Positions 1 through 8,544 of a DNA stretch of 38,466 nucleotides are shown one piece after another. Within the stretch, counting starts at the first letter, position 1; each line of letters begins with the position of its first letter. Under the pieces are notes generated by a model, which had not been told where the DNA came from, ran no database searches, and saw only the letters and a list, made by a program, of their open reading frames with translations. The translations under genes were made by a program, and so were the position numbers. The stretch is from NCBI GenBank assembly GCA_964372275.1, contig CAYJRR010000032.1, positions 1-38,466 on the forward strand, read 5' to 3'. The stretch is from an uncultured bacterium (lineage in GTDB: Bacteria; CAYJRR01).

Positions 1-2
1 CC

Positions 3-212
3 CGCGTCGCCTTCGTCGCCGAGTCCCCCGGTGGAGCGGGTCCGCGGGGGCCGCTCGGGGAACGATTGCGGGAGGTCGACGTCTACCGGCGACTCGCCGC
101 CGGCTTCTTCCTCCTGGAGCGCCGCGATCCGCGCGAGGAAGCGGTCCACGTCCCGCGTTCGCCCGATCGGGCCCCATCGGGGGCCTCCTCGCCGACGGGA
201 GCCGGGCCGTGA
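3..212 (+). CDS. 3' end of a gene truncated by the window edge (unknown product)
   Basis: Frame 3 is open from the edge (RVAFVAESPGG...RLREVDVYRRLAAGFFLLERRD...) and stops at TGA 210-212, overlapping the GTG of the next gene (GTGA coupling). Confidence 0.5.
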   Translation, partial: RVAFVAESPGGAGPRGPLGERLREVDVYRRLAAGFFLLERRDPREEAVHVPRSPDRAPSGASSPTGAGP

Positions 213-1015
213 CGACGGTCGGTGTCCCGCCGCGGCCGGTGCGGGGCCGGATCGTCGCCCATCCGGAGCTCCTCGGCTCCGGATCCGGCGTCCATCTCCT
301 CCGCGGCACCGGAATGTCGAACACCTACGTGCTCGGCCGGCGGCGATTGGCGGTGGTCGATCCGGGGGCGGCGTCGACGGCGGCGGCGGTGCTGGAGTTC
401 GTGACGCAGGAGCTCGGGAGGCGTCCCGCCGACGTCGGCTCGATCGTCGTCACCCACCTGCACTGCGATCACCTCGGCGGCGTCGCCGAGCTCGCCGGAA
501 GCACCGGCGCGCGCGTGGCGCTGCCGCGGGCGTCCCGGCCGTACGTCGAAGGTCGAAAGGCGATGCGCTGGGCGCCGATGTCTCGTTGGATCGAGATGAT
601 GCGTCTCTGGAAAGGGACCGACTTCACTTTTCCCGACCTGCGCGACGTGGTGCGCATGCCGTGGGCGGGCAGTCCGCTGGCGCGGCGCCATCGGCTCCCG
701 TTCGCGGTCGACCGGTGGCTCACCGAGGGGGAGGCCCTCGACCGCGCGCTCCCCTGGCGGGTGCTCGCCGCGCCGGGGCACACCGACGACTCGATCTGCC
801 TCCACCATCCGAAGGCGCGCGCGCTGGTCAGCGGCGACACGATCCTCGGCGTCGACGGGGAGGCCGTCTTCAATCCGTTCTTCGCCTTCGACGAGGATCG
901 CCGGCGCACCGAGCGGCGACTCCGCTCGCTTCGACCGCGGCACGTCCTGCCGGGCCACGGCCTGCCGGTGACCGGCGGCCGCGGGATCGTCGCTCACGGA
1001 TCGCCACGGCGATGA
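209..1015 (+). CDS. MBL-fold metallo-hydrolase (glyoxalase II-like)
   Basis: THLHCDHLGG (HxHxDH), PGHT, SGDTIL and PGHG metal-binding motifs; TGA overlaps the ATG of engB. Confidence 0.85.
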   Translation: MTTVGVPPRPVRGRIVAHPELLGSGSGVHLLRGTGMSNTYVLGRRRLAVVDPGAASTAAAVLEFVTQELGRRPADVGSIVVTHLHCDHLGGVAELAGSTGARVALPRASRPYVEGRKAMRWAPMSRWIEMMRLWKGTDFTFPDLRDVVRMPWAGSPLARRHRLPFAVDRWLTEGEALDRALPWRVLAAPGHTDDSICLHHPKARALVSGDTILGVDGEAVFNPFFAFDEDRRRTERRLRSLRPRHVLPGHGLPVTGGRGIVAHGSPRR

Positions 1016-1596
1016 AGATCGCGCGCGCCTCGTTCCTCGTGAGCGCCGACGATCCGCGCGGCTTTCCCCCCGAAGGGCCGCCGGAGGTGGCGATCGCCGG
1101 CCGGTCGAACGTCGGGAAGTCGTCGGCGATCAATCGGCTGGTGAACCGCCACGGACTGGCGGTGACCTCGTCGACCCCGGGGCGGACGCGCCTCGTCAAC
1201 TTCTTCGAGGTCGACGGTCGCCTTCGCCTGGTCGACCTTCCCGGATACGGGTTCGCCAAGGCGTCGAAGGCCGAGCGCGCATCGTGGCGCGGGCGGGTCG
1301 AGCGCTACCTCGTCGAGAGGCGCACGCTGCGCGCCGTCGTCCACCTGGTCGACGCGCGGCACGACCCGGGCGCGCTCGACCTCGAGCTTTCCGACTGGCT
1401 GGCCGCGATCGGACGACCGGAGATCGTCGTCCTCACCAAGGCCGACAAGCTGACCCGCAACCAGCAGCGGGTCCGGGCCGCGGCGATCGAGCGGACGATG
1501 GAGCTCGCGGCGGGGGAAGCGATCCTTTTTTCCGCCAGGACCGGACTGGGGCGCGACGCGGTGTGGGGGCGGATCCGAGAGGTCGCGCGATTCTGA
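1012..1596 (+). CDS. engB: ribosome biogenesis GTP-binding protein YsxC/EngB
   Basis: GRSNVGKSS (G1), TPGRT (G2), DLPGYG (G3), TKADK (G4), FSA (G5); start at ATG 1012 (MKIARASF), not 31. Confidence 0.95.
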   Translation: MKIARASFLVSADDPRGFPPEGPPEVAIAGRSNVGKSSAINRLVNRHGLAVTSSTPGRTRLVNFFEVDGRLRLVDLPGYGFAKASKAERASWRGRVERYLVERRTLRAVVHLVDARHDPGALDLELSDWLAAIGRPEIVVLTKADKLTRNQQRVRAAAIERTMELAAGEAILFSARTGLGRDAVWGRIREVARF

Positions 1597-1604
1597 CCTC
1601 CCCA

Positions 1605-1640
1605 GAACCGGATCCGATCCGGATCGGATCGGGTCGGTTC
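1605..1640. repeat. palindromic intergenic element (GATCCG-based)
   Basis: Perfect 20-bp palindrome GATCCGATCCGGATCGGATC at 1611-1630, flanked by GAACCG (1605-1610) and CGGTTC (1635-1640). Confidence 0.7.
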
Positions 1641-1674
1641 CCTCGGGTGCCGGAATCTGCTTCCATCCGCACGG

Positions 1675-2325
1675 ATGAACGTGCTTGCCCTCGCGATCCT
1701 CCTCGGCGCGGCGAACGCCGCCGCTCCGTCGGACTCGCCGGCGGTCCTCGTCGACAAGGTGGTCGCCTTCGTCCAGGGCCGTCCGATCACGCTGTCGGAG
1801 GTCGAGCTGGAGGTCCGGCTCGGGCGCGCGGCCGCCGGGGACGCGGCGGGAGCGCTCGCCGCGATCGACGGGACCGACTCGGCGGCGATGCTGGAGGAGC
1901 TGGTCGACCGGGTCGCGGCGCTCCGTACGCTCAAGGGGCGTGCGCGAGAACCGATCCCGCCGGAGGCGGTCGACGCGGAGGTCGATCGCCTCCGCCGCGC
2001 GTTCGGCGCCGAGGAGGCGTGGCGCCGTTTCCTGGCGCGGATCGACCTTTCCGAGGACGAGGTGCGAGAGCGGCGCCGCCGTCGCCTGGAGGCGGCCTGG
2101 CTCGTCGACGTGCAGGCCGCTTCGCGCGTGCGCGTCGACCGCCGCGAAGTCGACGAGCTGCTCGCGAACAGCCCCGAGTTCCCCGACCGTGCCGCCGCCG
2201 AGGCGAGGCTGGCCGAGGAGCATGCGCGTCGGGCCCGCCGGGAGGTCCTGGAGAAGGCACGAGCCGACGCCGGGGTGCGCATCGTCGATCCCTTGCGGCC
2301 GGCGGGCGAGCTCGGGGGCCGATGA
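1675..2325 (+). CDS. exported SurA N-terminal-domain-like protein
   Basis: Signal peptide (MNVLALAILLGAANAAA) followed by VDKVVAFVQGRPITLSEV, typical of SurA_N; no parvulin domain is visible. Confidence 0.65.
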   Translation: MNVLALAILLGAANAAAPSDSPAVLVDKVVAFVQGRPITLSEVELEVRLGRAAAGDAAGALAAIDGTDSAAMLEELVDRVAALRTLKGRAREPIPPEAVDAEVDRLRRAFGAEEAWRRFLARIDLSEDEVRERRRRRLEAAWLVDVQAASRVRVDRREVDELLANSPEFPDRAAAEARLAEEHARRARREVLEKARADAGVRIVDPLRPAGELGGR

Positions 2326-2837
2326 GGTCGGCTCCCATGGTCGCGCGTCCACGGATCTTGCTGGGAGAGATGGCGCCGGAGGAGCTCGACCTCCTCTACG
2401 ACATCGAGCGGGCGTCGTATCCGAGCCCCTGGCCGCGTGACGCCTTCCGCCGGGAGCTCACCCTCCCGTTCTCGAAGATCCTGGTCGCGCGCGGGGCCGA
2501 GGCGGGCGATCCGCCGCTGCTCGGCTACGCCGTGCTGTGGGTGGTGCGGGACGAGGCGCACGTGCTGAACCTCGCCGTGCACCCCGATCGCCGTCGCCGC
2601 GGGATCGCCTCCGAGCTGCTCCGGGCGGCGATCGACGCCGCACGTGCCAAAGGGGCCGAGATCCTGTATCTGGAGGTACGCCGATCGAACGTGGCGGCGC
2701 AGGAGCTCTACCGGCGGTTCGGTTTCAAGCACGTCGGTGTGCGCCCGCGCTACTACGAGGACAACCGGGAGGACGCGTTGGTGATGCTGTTGGGGCTCGC
2801 GGATACGGGAGGACGGTCGGACCCGGAGGGGCGATGA
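2322..2837 (+). CDS. rimI: ribosomal protein S18 alanine N-acetyltransferase (GNAT)
   Basis: IERASYPSPW, EAHVLNLAVHPDRRRRGIA, LEVRRSNVAAQELY, RPRYYEDNREDA; ATG 2322 overlaps the upstream TGA (alternative ATG 2337). Confidence 0.9.
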   Translation: MRSAPMVARPRILLGEMAPEELDLLYDIERASYPSPWPRDAFRRELTLPFSKILVARGAEAGDPPLLGYAVLWVVRDEAHVLNLAVHPDRRRRGIASELLRAAIDAARAKGAEILYLEVRRSNVAAQELYRRFGFKHVGVRPRYYEDNREDALVMLLGLADTGGRSDPEGR

Positions 2838-3655
2838 AGCGGACGGTCGCCGTGCTGGAGGAGAATCGGCGCCTCGCCGACGGGGTGCACGTCCTCGTCC
2901 TCCGCGGCGAGCGGTTCGCGGACGACGTCCGTCCCGGCCAGTTCGCGATGCTGCGCGCCCCCGGTCCCGAACCGCTGCTCGCCCGGCCGATGGCCTACAT
3001 GACGGCGGACGGATCGCGCGCGTCGTTCGGAATGAAGGTGGTCGGCCGCGGGACCGCGCTCCTCGCCCGGACGCCGCCCGGGACCGAGCTCGTCGTCTGG
3101 GGGCCGCTGGGACGCCCGTTCGCCGCGCCGGCCCCGGGGATTCGCCACGTGCTCGTCGGCGGAGGGATCGGGGTGCCGCCGCTGGTGATGCAGGCGCGTT
3201 CGCTGGTCGCCGCCGGGGCGGCGATCGACGCGGTGCTCGTCGGCAGCCGCACCGCCGGCGAGCTGTTCGGCCGCGCCGAGTTTGCGGCGCTTGGGCTCCG
3301 GCCGCTCGTCTCGACCGACGACGGCTCCGAGGGGCACCACGGCCGCGTGACCGACCTCCTCGCCAGGGTTCCGCTCGGCCGGGACGTGCGGGTGCAGGCG
3401 TGCGGGCCGACGCCGATGCTCGCCGCCGTCGCCCGTCTGGCGGCGAACGCCGCCGCGCGCTCGGAGCTGTCGCTCGAGGCGCGGATGGGGTGCGGCGTTG
3501 GCGCGTGCCGCGGCTGCATGGTCCCGGTCAGCGCCGAGGCGAAGGCGGCGCCCGGCGGCGTCTTCGAAGGGCGGGAGCTGCTCTGTCTGTGTCTCGACGG
3601 TCCGGTGGTCGATGCCCGCGACGTCGATCTCGCCGCGCTGGAGAGGATCCATTGA
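2834..3655 (+). CDS. pyrK: dihydroorotate dehydrogenase electron transfer subunit
   Basis: PGQFAML, RPM, GPLG, GGGIGVPP, CGPTPML and the [2Fe-2S] motif EARMGCGVGACRGC...CLDGPV; lies directly upstream of pyrD. Confidence 0.9.
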   Translation: MKRTVAVLEENRRLADGVHVLVLRGERFADDVRPGQFAMLRAPGPEPLLARPMAYMTADGSRASFGMKVVGRGTALLARTPPGTELVVWGPLGRPFAAPAPGIRHVLVGGGIGVPPLVMQARSLVAAGAAIDAVLVGSRTAGELFGRAEFAALGLRPLVSTDDGSEGHHGRVTDLLARVPLGRDVRVQACGPTPMLAAVARLAANAAARSELSLEARMGCGVGACRGCMVPVSAEAKAAPGGVFEGRELLCLCLDGPVVDARDVDLAALERIH

Positions 3656-4563
3656 TCGATCCACTGTCGGTCGATTTGAACGGTATCGTTCTGCGCAACC
3701 CGGTGCTGCTCGCGTCGGGGTGCGTCGGTTACGGGCACGAGTACCGCCAGCTCGTCGACTACTCGAAGATCGGCGGGATCGTCACCAAGTCGGTGAGCCT
3801 GGCTCCGCGCGCCGGGAACCCGCCGCCGCGGATCTGGGAGACGCCGGCCGGGATGCTCAACGCCATCGGCCTCGAGAACCCCGGAATCGACCGCTTCCTC
3901 GCGGAGAAGTGCCCGCTGCTGCGCGCGCTCCCGACGACGATCGTCGCCTCGGTGGTGGGGGCGACGATGGAGGAGTTTGCCGAGGTCGCGGCGCGGATGG
4001 ACGGCGAGGAGGCGATCCGGGCGTTGGAGCTGAACATCTCCTGCCCCAACGTCTCGCACGGCACCGACTTCGGCCGGGATCCCGACGCGGCGGAGCGGAT
4101 CGTCCGGGTGGTGCGGGCACGGACCGCCAAGCCGATCGTCGTCAAGTTGACCCCGGAGGCGCCGGACGTGCCGGCCGTCGCGCGCGGGGCCGAGCGGGGC
4201 GGGGCGCACGCCATCAGCCTCTGCAACACCTGGAGGGGGCTGTCGGTCGACGTCGAGACCGGGCGCCCGCGGATCGCCAACGTCACCGGCGGATTCTCCG
4301 GCCCCGCCGTCCGGCCGCTCGCCGTGCGTCACACCTGGGAGGTGGCGAAGGCGGTGTCGATCCCGGTGATCGGCATCGGCGGGATCGCGACCGCCGCCGA
4401 CGCGCTGGAGTTCCTGATCGTCGGGGCCAAGGCGGTGCAGGTCGGGACGGCGCTCTTTGCCGACCCGGCGGCCCCCGAGGCGATCGTCGACGGCTTGCGC
4501 GCGTTCGTGACGCGCAAGGGGCTCGATCGCCTCGACCGGATCACGGGATCGTTCCGGCCATAG
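3652..4563 (+). CDS. pyrD: dihydroorotate dehydrogenase, family 1B catalytic subunit
   Basis: NPVLLASG, GNPPPRIWETPAGMLNAIGLENPG, ELNISCPN, VKLTP, GGFSGPAVRP; probable TTG start at 3652 overlapping the pyrK TGA. Confidence 0.93.
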   Translation: MIDPLSVDLNGIVLRNPVLLASGCVGYGHEYRQLVDYSKIGGIVTKSVSLAPRAGNPPPRIWETPAGMLNAIGLENPGIDRFLAEKCPLLRALPTTIVASVVGATMEEFAEVAARMDGEEAIRALELNISCPNVSHGTDFGRDPDAAERIVRVVRARTAKPIVVKLTPEAPDVPAVARGAERGGAHAISLCNTWRGLSVDVETGRPRIANVTGGFSGPAVRPLAVRHTWEVAKAVSIPVIGIGGIATAADALEFLIVGAKAVQVGTALFADPAAPEAIVDGLRAFVTRKGLDRLDRITGSFRP

Positions 4564-4707
4564 GGGTCCCCCCTGGGTTGCTGCGTAGCCCGGGACGCAT
4601 CCACCCCGAGACCCGGGTCTCCGCAATCCACCGATGGCAAGCCCAGGCTACAGACCGAGGCGAGTCGGCGCGCAATCGGCCCTCGACCGATTTCGAGGAA
4701 AACTTAG

Positions 4708-4732
4708 TAAGTGTTTGAAAAACAAACAGTTA
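4708..4732. promoter_or_regulatory. inverted repeat containing two opposed IHF-like sites
   Basis: TAAGTGTTTG-AAAAA-CAAACAGTTA (9/10 inverted repeat); each strand reads WATCAANNNNTTR with one mismatch (AAACAAACAGTTA on +, TTTCAAACACTTA on -); AT-rich island in a GC-rich region. Confidence 0.55.
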
Positions 4733-4772
4733 TTGAAATGATATGGCGGGCGATATCCCCCCTTGAACCCAC

Positions 4773-4788
4773 GGGCACGGCGGTTGCT
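4773..4788 (+). promoter_or_regulatory. sigma54 (-24/-12) promoter
   Basis: GGGCACGGCGGTTGCT matches tGGCACG-N4-TTGCw; GG 4774-4775, GC 4786-4787 (N10 spacing). Confidence 0.75.
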
Positions 4789-4800
4789 CAACCGACCGCC

Positions 4801-6186
4801 ATGTCCTCGTCTTCGCTCGATCTGAACGAACCGTCCGTCGACGTCGCCCTGTCCGACCTGGTCGGGAGCTCGATGGGGGCGCAGTGGAACGTCCGGCGTT
4901 GCCGCTTCACCGTGCTGTCCGGATCGTCCCAGGGCGCGACCGCCGTTCTCTCGCAGCCGTTCTTCCGCGTCGGCAAGCACCCCTCCTGCGAGGTGCTGAT
5001 CTCCGACAGCTCCGTCTCGCGCAAGCACCTCGAGGTGCGTCTGACCGACGACGGCTTCGAGCTCAACGACAGCGGCAGTCGCAACGGGACCTGGGTGGCG
5101 GGGATGCGCGTCGGCAAGGTGACGCTGCGAGGATCGGCGGAGCTGGTGCTCGGCAACGCCCGCGTGCGGTTCGATCCGGTCGACGAGCACGTGGAGCTCA
5201 AGCTCTCCGAGCGCGAGTCGTTCGGGCGCCTGTGCGGAAAGAGCCCGCTGATGCGGGCGGTCTTCGCCGTCCTGGAGAAGGCGGCCGAATCGGACGTGAC
5301 GCTCCTGATCGAAGGGGAGAGCGGCACCGGCAAGGAGGTCGCCGCCCGCGCGGTGCACAGCGAAGGGAACCGCAAGGACGGGCCGTTCGTCGTCTTCGAC
5401 TGCAGCTCGGTTCCGGCGCAGCTGCTCGCGTCCGAGCTGTTCGGGCACGTGAAAGGGGCCTTCACCGGCGCCAGCCAGTCGCGGCCCGGCGCCTTCCGGT
5501 CGGCGCACGGCGGAACGCTGTTCCTGGACGAGATCGGCGAGCTGCCGCTCGACCAGCAGGCGGCGCTGCTGCGCACCGTCGAGACCCATTCGGTCCGCCC
5601 GGTCGGGAGCAACCTCGAGGTTCCGGCCGACGTCCGGATCATCGCCGCCACCAACCGCCGCCTCGAGAACGAAGTCGCCGCGGGCCGTTTCCGCCGTGAT
5701 CTCTACCACCGCTTGAGCGTGGTGAAGGTGACGCTGCCGCCGCTCCGCGCGCGCGCCGAGGACATCGAGCCGACGGTGATCGCGTTCCTGAACGACGCGC
5801 GCCGCCAGAACGCCGAGGTTCCCGAGAGCCTGCCTCGCACCTTGATCGAAGCGTTCATGCGCTATCGGTGGCCCGGGAACGTTCGCGAGCTCCGGAACGT
5901 CGTCGAACGGTCGCTCGCGCTCGGCGCGACCGACGGGTCGGAGCTGGCCCTCGAGGCGCAGGCCCTCCACGGCCCGGCCGCCCCCGGGGGCTCGATCCAG
6001 GTTCCGTTCGCCATGCCCTATGCCGAGGCCAAGGAGGCCGTCCTGACGGCCTTCGAAGAGGCCTACGCCCGGGCCGCCCTGGAGCGCCACCACCGCAACG
6101 TCTCCCGCGCCGCCCGTGCCTCCGGGCTGTCCCGCCGGCACCTGCAGCGGCTGATGGCCCGGCTCGGGCTCCGCGAGAAGACCTAA
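4801..6186 (+). CDS. FHA-domain sigma54-dependent transcriptional activator (bEBP) with Fis-type HTH
   Basis: FHA (VGK...SVSRKH...SRNGT), Walker A GESGTGKE, GAFTGA, FLDEIGE, WPGNVRELRN, HTH NVSRAARASGLSRRHL. Start placed at ATG 4801 because the region from 4711 is AT-rich promoter DNA. Confidence 0.92.
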   Translation: MSSSSLDLNEPSVDVALSDLVGSSMGAQWNVRRCRFTVLSGSSQGATAVLSQPFFRVGKHPSCEVLISDSSVSRKHLEVRLTDDGFELNDSGSRNGTWVAGMRVGKVTLRGSAELVLGNARVRFDPVDEHVELKLSERESFGRLCGKSPLMRAVFAVLEKAAESDVTLLIEGESGTGKEVAARAVHSEGNRKDGPFVVFDCSSVPAQLLASELFGHVKGAFTGASQSRPGAFRSAHGGTLFLDEIGELPLDQQAALLRTVETHSVRPVGSNLEVPADVRIIAATNRRLENEVAAGRFRRDLYHRLSVVKVTLPPLRARAEDIEPTVIAFLNDARRQNAEVPESLPRTLIEAFMRYRWPGNVRELRNVVERSLALGATDGSELALEAQALHGPAAPGGSIQVPFAMPYAEAKEAVLTAFEEAYARAALERHHRNVSRAARASGLSRRHLQRLMARLGLREKT

Positions 6187-6262
6187 CCCACGGAATCTCG
6201 CGGGGCGCCTGAGTGGCGCGCGCCCACGCGGCGGCCGGGGTCGTGGGTCGTTCCTTTGCCGC

Positions 6263-6291
6263 TTGCCCCGAAATCTCCGACATGCTAGAGG
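6263..6291 (+). promoter_or_regulatory. putative sigma70 promoter of the rimP-nusA-infB operon
   Basis: TTGCCC (6263-6268), 17-nt spacer, TGcTAGAGG extended -10 (6283-6291). Confidence 0.45.
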
Positions 6292-6330
6292 TCCCTCACA
6301 TTTTTCGTGGGTCCTGACCGGGACCTTTTG

Positions 6331-6360
6331 AAAAGTGGGCTTCCCGCCCGCTTTTTTTTT
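6331..6360 (+). terminator. rimP leader hairpin / attenuator-like intrinsic terminator
   Basis: AAAAGTGGGC-TTCCC-GCCCGCTTTT stem running into a T9 tract, ~70 nt upstream of rimP; resembles the conserved AGTGGG...CCCACT hairpin found upstream of rimP in many bacteria. Confidence 0.8.
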
Positions 6361-6428
6361 CGCCCGCGCCCGGCGCGGGTGGAGAGAAAAGGGGGGTCGG
6401 GGGTCGGTCGAAGCGCCTGACACGCGCG

Positions 6429-6911
6429 ATGGAGAGCGGGACCGTGGCGAGAGCCAAGGATGGAGTCGTGCTGCGTATCCAGGAGGTCTGCGAGCCGGTG
6501 CTCGCCGACCTGGGGTACGAGCTCGTCTCGCTCGAGCGGACGGTGGAGCACGGCCGCCCGATCGTCCGCCTCTACATCGACCGGGCCGAGGGCGGCATCG
6601 CGCTGGACGATTGCGTGCGGGTCACCCGGGAGCTGTCGCCGGCGCTCGACGTCGCCGACCTCCTCCCCGGTCGCTACGAGCTGGAGGTCAGCTCGCCGGG
6701 GGTGAACCGGCCGCTCGCGCGCCGGGTCGACTTCGAGCGGTTCGCGGGCCAACGGGTCGCGGTGCGCACCTACGAGAAGGTCGGGGACCGGCGCAACTTC
6801 CTCGGCGTCCTGCTCGGGGTCGAGGGGGACGAGATTCGCATCGACGTGGACGGTCGGGAGCATCGGGTGCCGCTGGAGGAGGTCTCCAAGGCGCACCTCG
6901 ACGTTTTGTAG
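6429..6911 (+). CDS. rimP: ribosome maturation factor RimP
   Basis: [31 protein letters not shown]; first gene of rimP-nusA-infB. Confidence 0.95.
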   Translation: MESGTVARAKDGVVLRIQEVCEPVLADLGYELVSLERTVEHGRPIVRLYIDRAEGGIALDDCVRVTRELSPALDVADLLPGRYELEVSSPGVNRPLARRVDFERFAGQRVAVRTYEKVGDRRNFLGVLLGVEGDEIRIDVDGREHRVPLEEVSKAHLDVL

Positions 6912-6933
6912 GCAACGCATCAGGAGAGGCTTC

Positions 6934-8538
6934 ATGAACACGGATTTGAGTCGCGTGATCGAGCAGGTCGGGAAGGACAAGGGGATCTCCAAGGAGGTCC
7001 TGGTCGAGGCCCTCGAGAGCGCGATGGCGCACGCCGCCAAGAAAAAGTACGGCCTGGAGCGCGAAATCGAGGCCCGCTTCAACGAGGAGACCGGAGAGGT
7101 CGAGATCTTCGAGTTCCGCGTCGCCGTGGACGGCGATCCGGAGAACGAGACGCAGATCACGATGGAGGAGGCCAAGAAGCTCGACCCCGATGCCGCCCCG
7201 GGCGACTCGCTCGGCATCAAGCTCGAGCTCGACCAGGCGACGTTCGGCCGGATTGCGGCGCAGACCGCCAAGCAGGTGATCATCCAGAAGGTCCGTGACG
7301 CCGAGCGGGAGCTCACCTACAACGAATACAAGGACCGGAAGGGCGAGCTGGTCACCGGCATCGTGCGGCGGTTCGAGAAGGGGAACATCATCGTCGACCT
7401 CGGCAAGGCCGAGGCGATCCTCCCCAGCCGCGAGCAGATCCCGGGCGAGAACTACCGCGTCGGCGATCGGATCCAGGCCTTCTTCCTCGACATCCGCAAG
7501 GCCTCCCGCGATCCGCAGATCGTGCTGTCGCGAACCCATCCGGGGCTCCTGATGAAGCTGTTCGAGATGGAGGTCCCGGAGATCTACGAAGGGATCGTGA
7601 CGATCCAGGCGGCCGCCCGCGAGCCGGGCGCGCGCGCGAAGATCGCGGTCAAGAGCCGCGACCGCGATGTCGACCCGGTCGGCGCCTGCGTCGGGGTCAA
7701 GGGCTCGCGCGTGCAGCGCGTGGTGCAGGAGCTCCGCGGCGAGAAGATCGACATCATCCCCTTCGACGAGGAGCCGGCGCGCTTCGTCTGCAACGCGATC
7801 CAGCCGGCGCAGGTGGCGAAGGTGATCATCGACGAGGAGAACCGGACGATGGAGATCATCGTCCCCGACGACCAGCTGTCGCTCGCCATCGGCAAGAAGG
7901 GGCAGAACGTGCGCCTGGCCGGGCAGCTCACCGGCTGGAAGATCGACATCACCAGCGAGTCGAAGGCGCACGAGCGCAGCCGGCGGGCCCAGGAGTCGCT
8001 GGGGAAGATCACCGGGATCGACCGGCAGACGGCGGAGATGCTCTACAAGCACGGCTTCCATTCGGCGCGCGAGGTGACCGAGGTCGACGTGGCATCGCTG
8101 GCGCGGATCCCCGGCTTCGACGAGGCGAGGGCGGAGCAGGTGATCGGTTCGGCCCGCACCGTCGCGGAGCAGGAGGAGCGCGAGGCGCGGGAGCGGATCC
8201 TCGCCAAGAAGACGACGCCCGAGGAACGAAAGGGCCTCTCCCCGGCCGAGCTCAAGCTGCTCGACCTGCGCGGTCTCACTCCGCCGCTGATCAAGGCCCT
8301 GATCGCGGCCGGGCTCGACACGCCCGAGAAGATCGCCGCCGCCGACGTCGATACCTTGACGACCCTGACCGCCGGCGGGGCCGTCGCCGGCACGCGGAAG
8401 GGCCGGCAGCTGAAACACGCGGCGGAGACCTACATCCAAAGCGGAGGCGTCCCCCAGGAGGAGGAGGAGGACGATCGGCCGAAGTCGGATCAGACCAATC
8501 CGGAGGCCTCGATCCCTCCCGAGATCGTGGGGGCGTAA
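6934..8538 (+). CDS. nusA: transcription termination/antitermination factor NusA with C-terminal HhH repeats
   Basis: [17 protein letters not shown]1 domain, [52 protein letters not shown]. Confidence 0.97.
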   Translation: MNTDLSRVIEQVGKDKGISKEVLVEALESAMAHAAKKKYGLEREIEARFNEETGEVEIFEFRVAVDGDPENETQITMEEAKKLDPDAAPGDSLGIKLELDQATFGRIAAQTAKQVIIQKVRDAERELTYNEYKDRKGELVTGIVRRFEKGNIIVDLGKAEAILPSREQIPGENYRVGDRIQAFFLDIRKASRDPQIVLSRTHPGLLMKLFEMEVPEIYEGIVTIQAAAREPGARAKIAVKSRDRDVDPVGACVGVKGSRVQRVVQELRGEKIDIIPFDEEPARFVCNAIQPAQVAKVIIDEENRTMEIIVPDDQLSLAIGKKGQNVRLAGQLTGWKIDITSESKAHERSRRAQESLGKITGIDRQTAEMLYKHGFHSAREVTEVDVASLARIPGFDEARAEQVIGSARTVAEQEEREARERILAKKTTPEERKGLSPAELKLLDLRGLTPPLIKALIAAGLDTPEKIAAADVDTLTTLTAGGAVAGTRKGRQLKHAAETYIQSGGVPQEEEEDDRPKSDQTNPEASIPPEIVGA

Positions 8539-8544
8539 GGGAAT

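Noticed and set aside
4711..4800. N-terminal extension of the bEBP from GTG 4711
   Set aside because: AT-rich sequence with atypical codons that contains the IHF-like and sigma54 elements; more plausibly promoter DNA.
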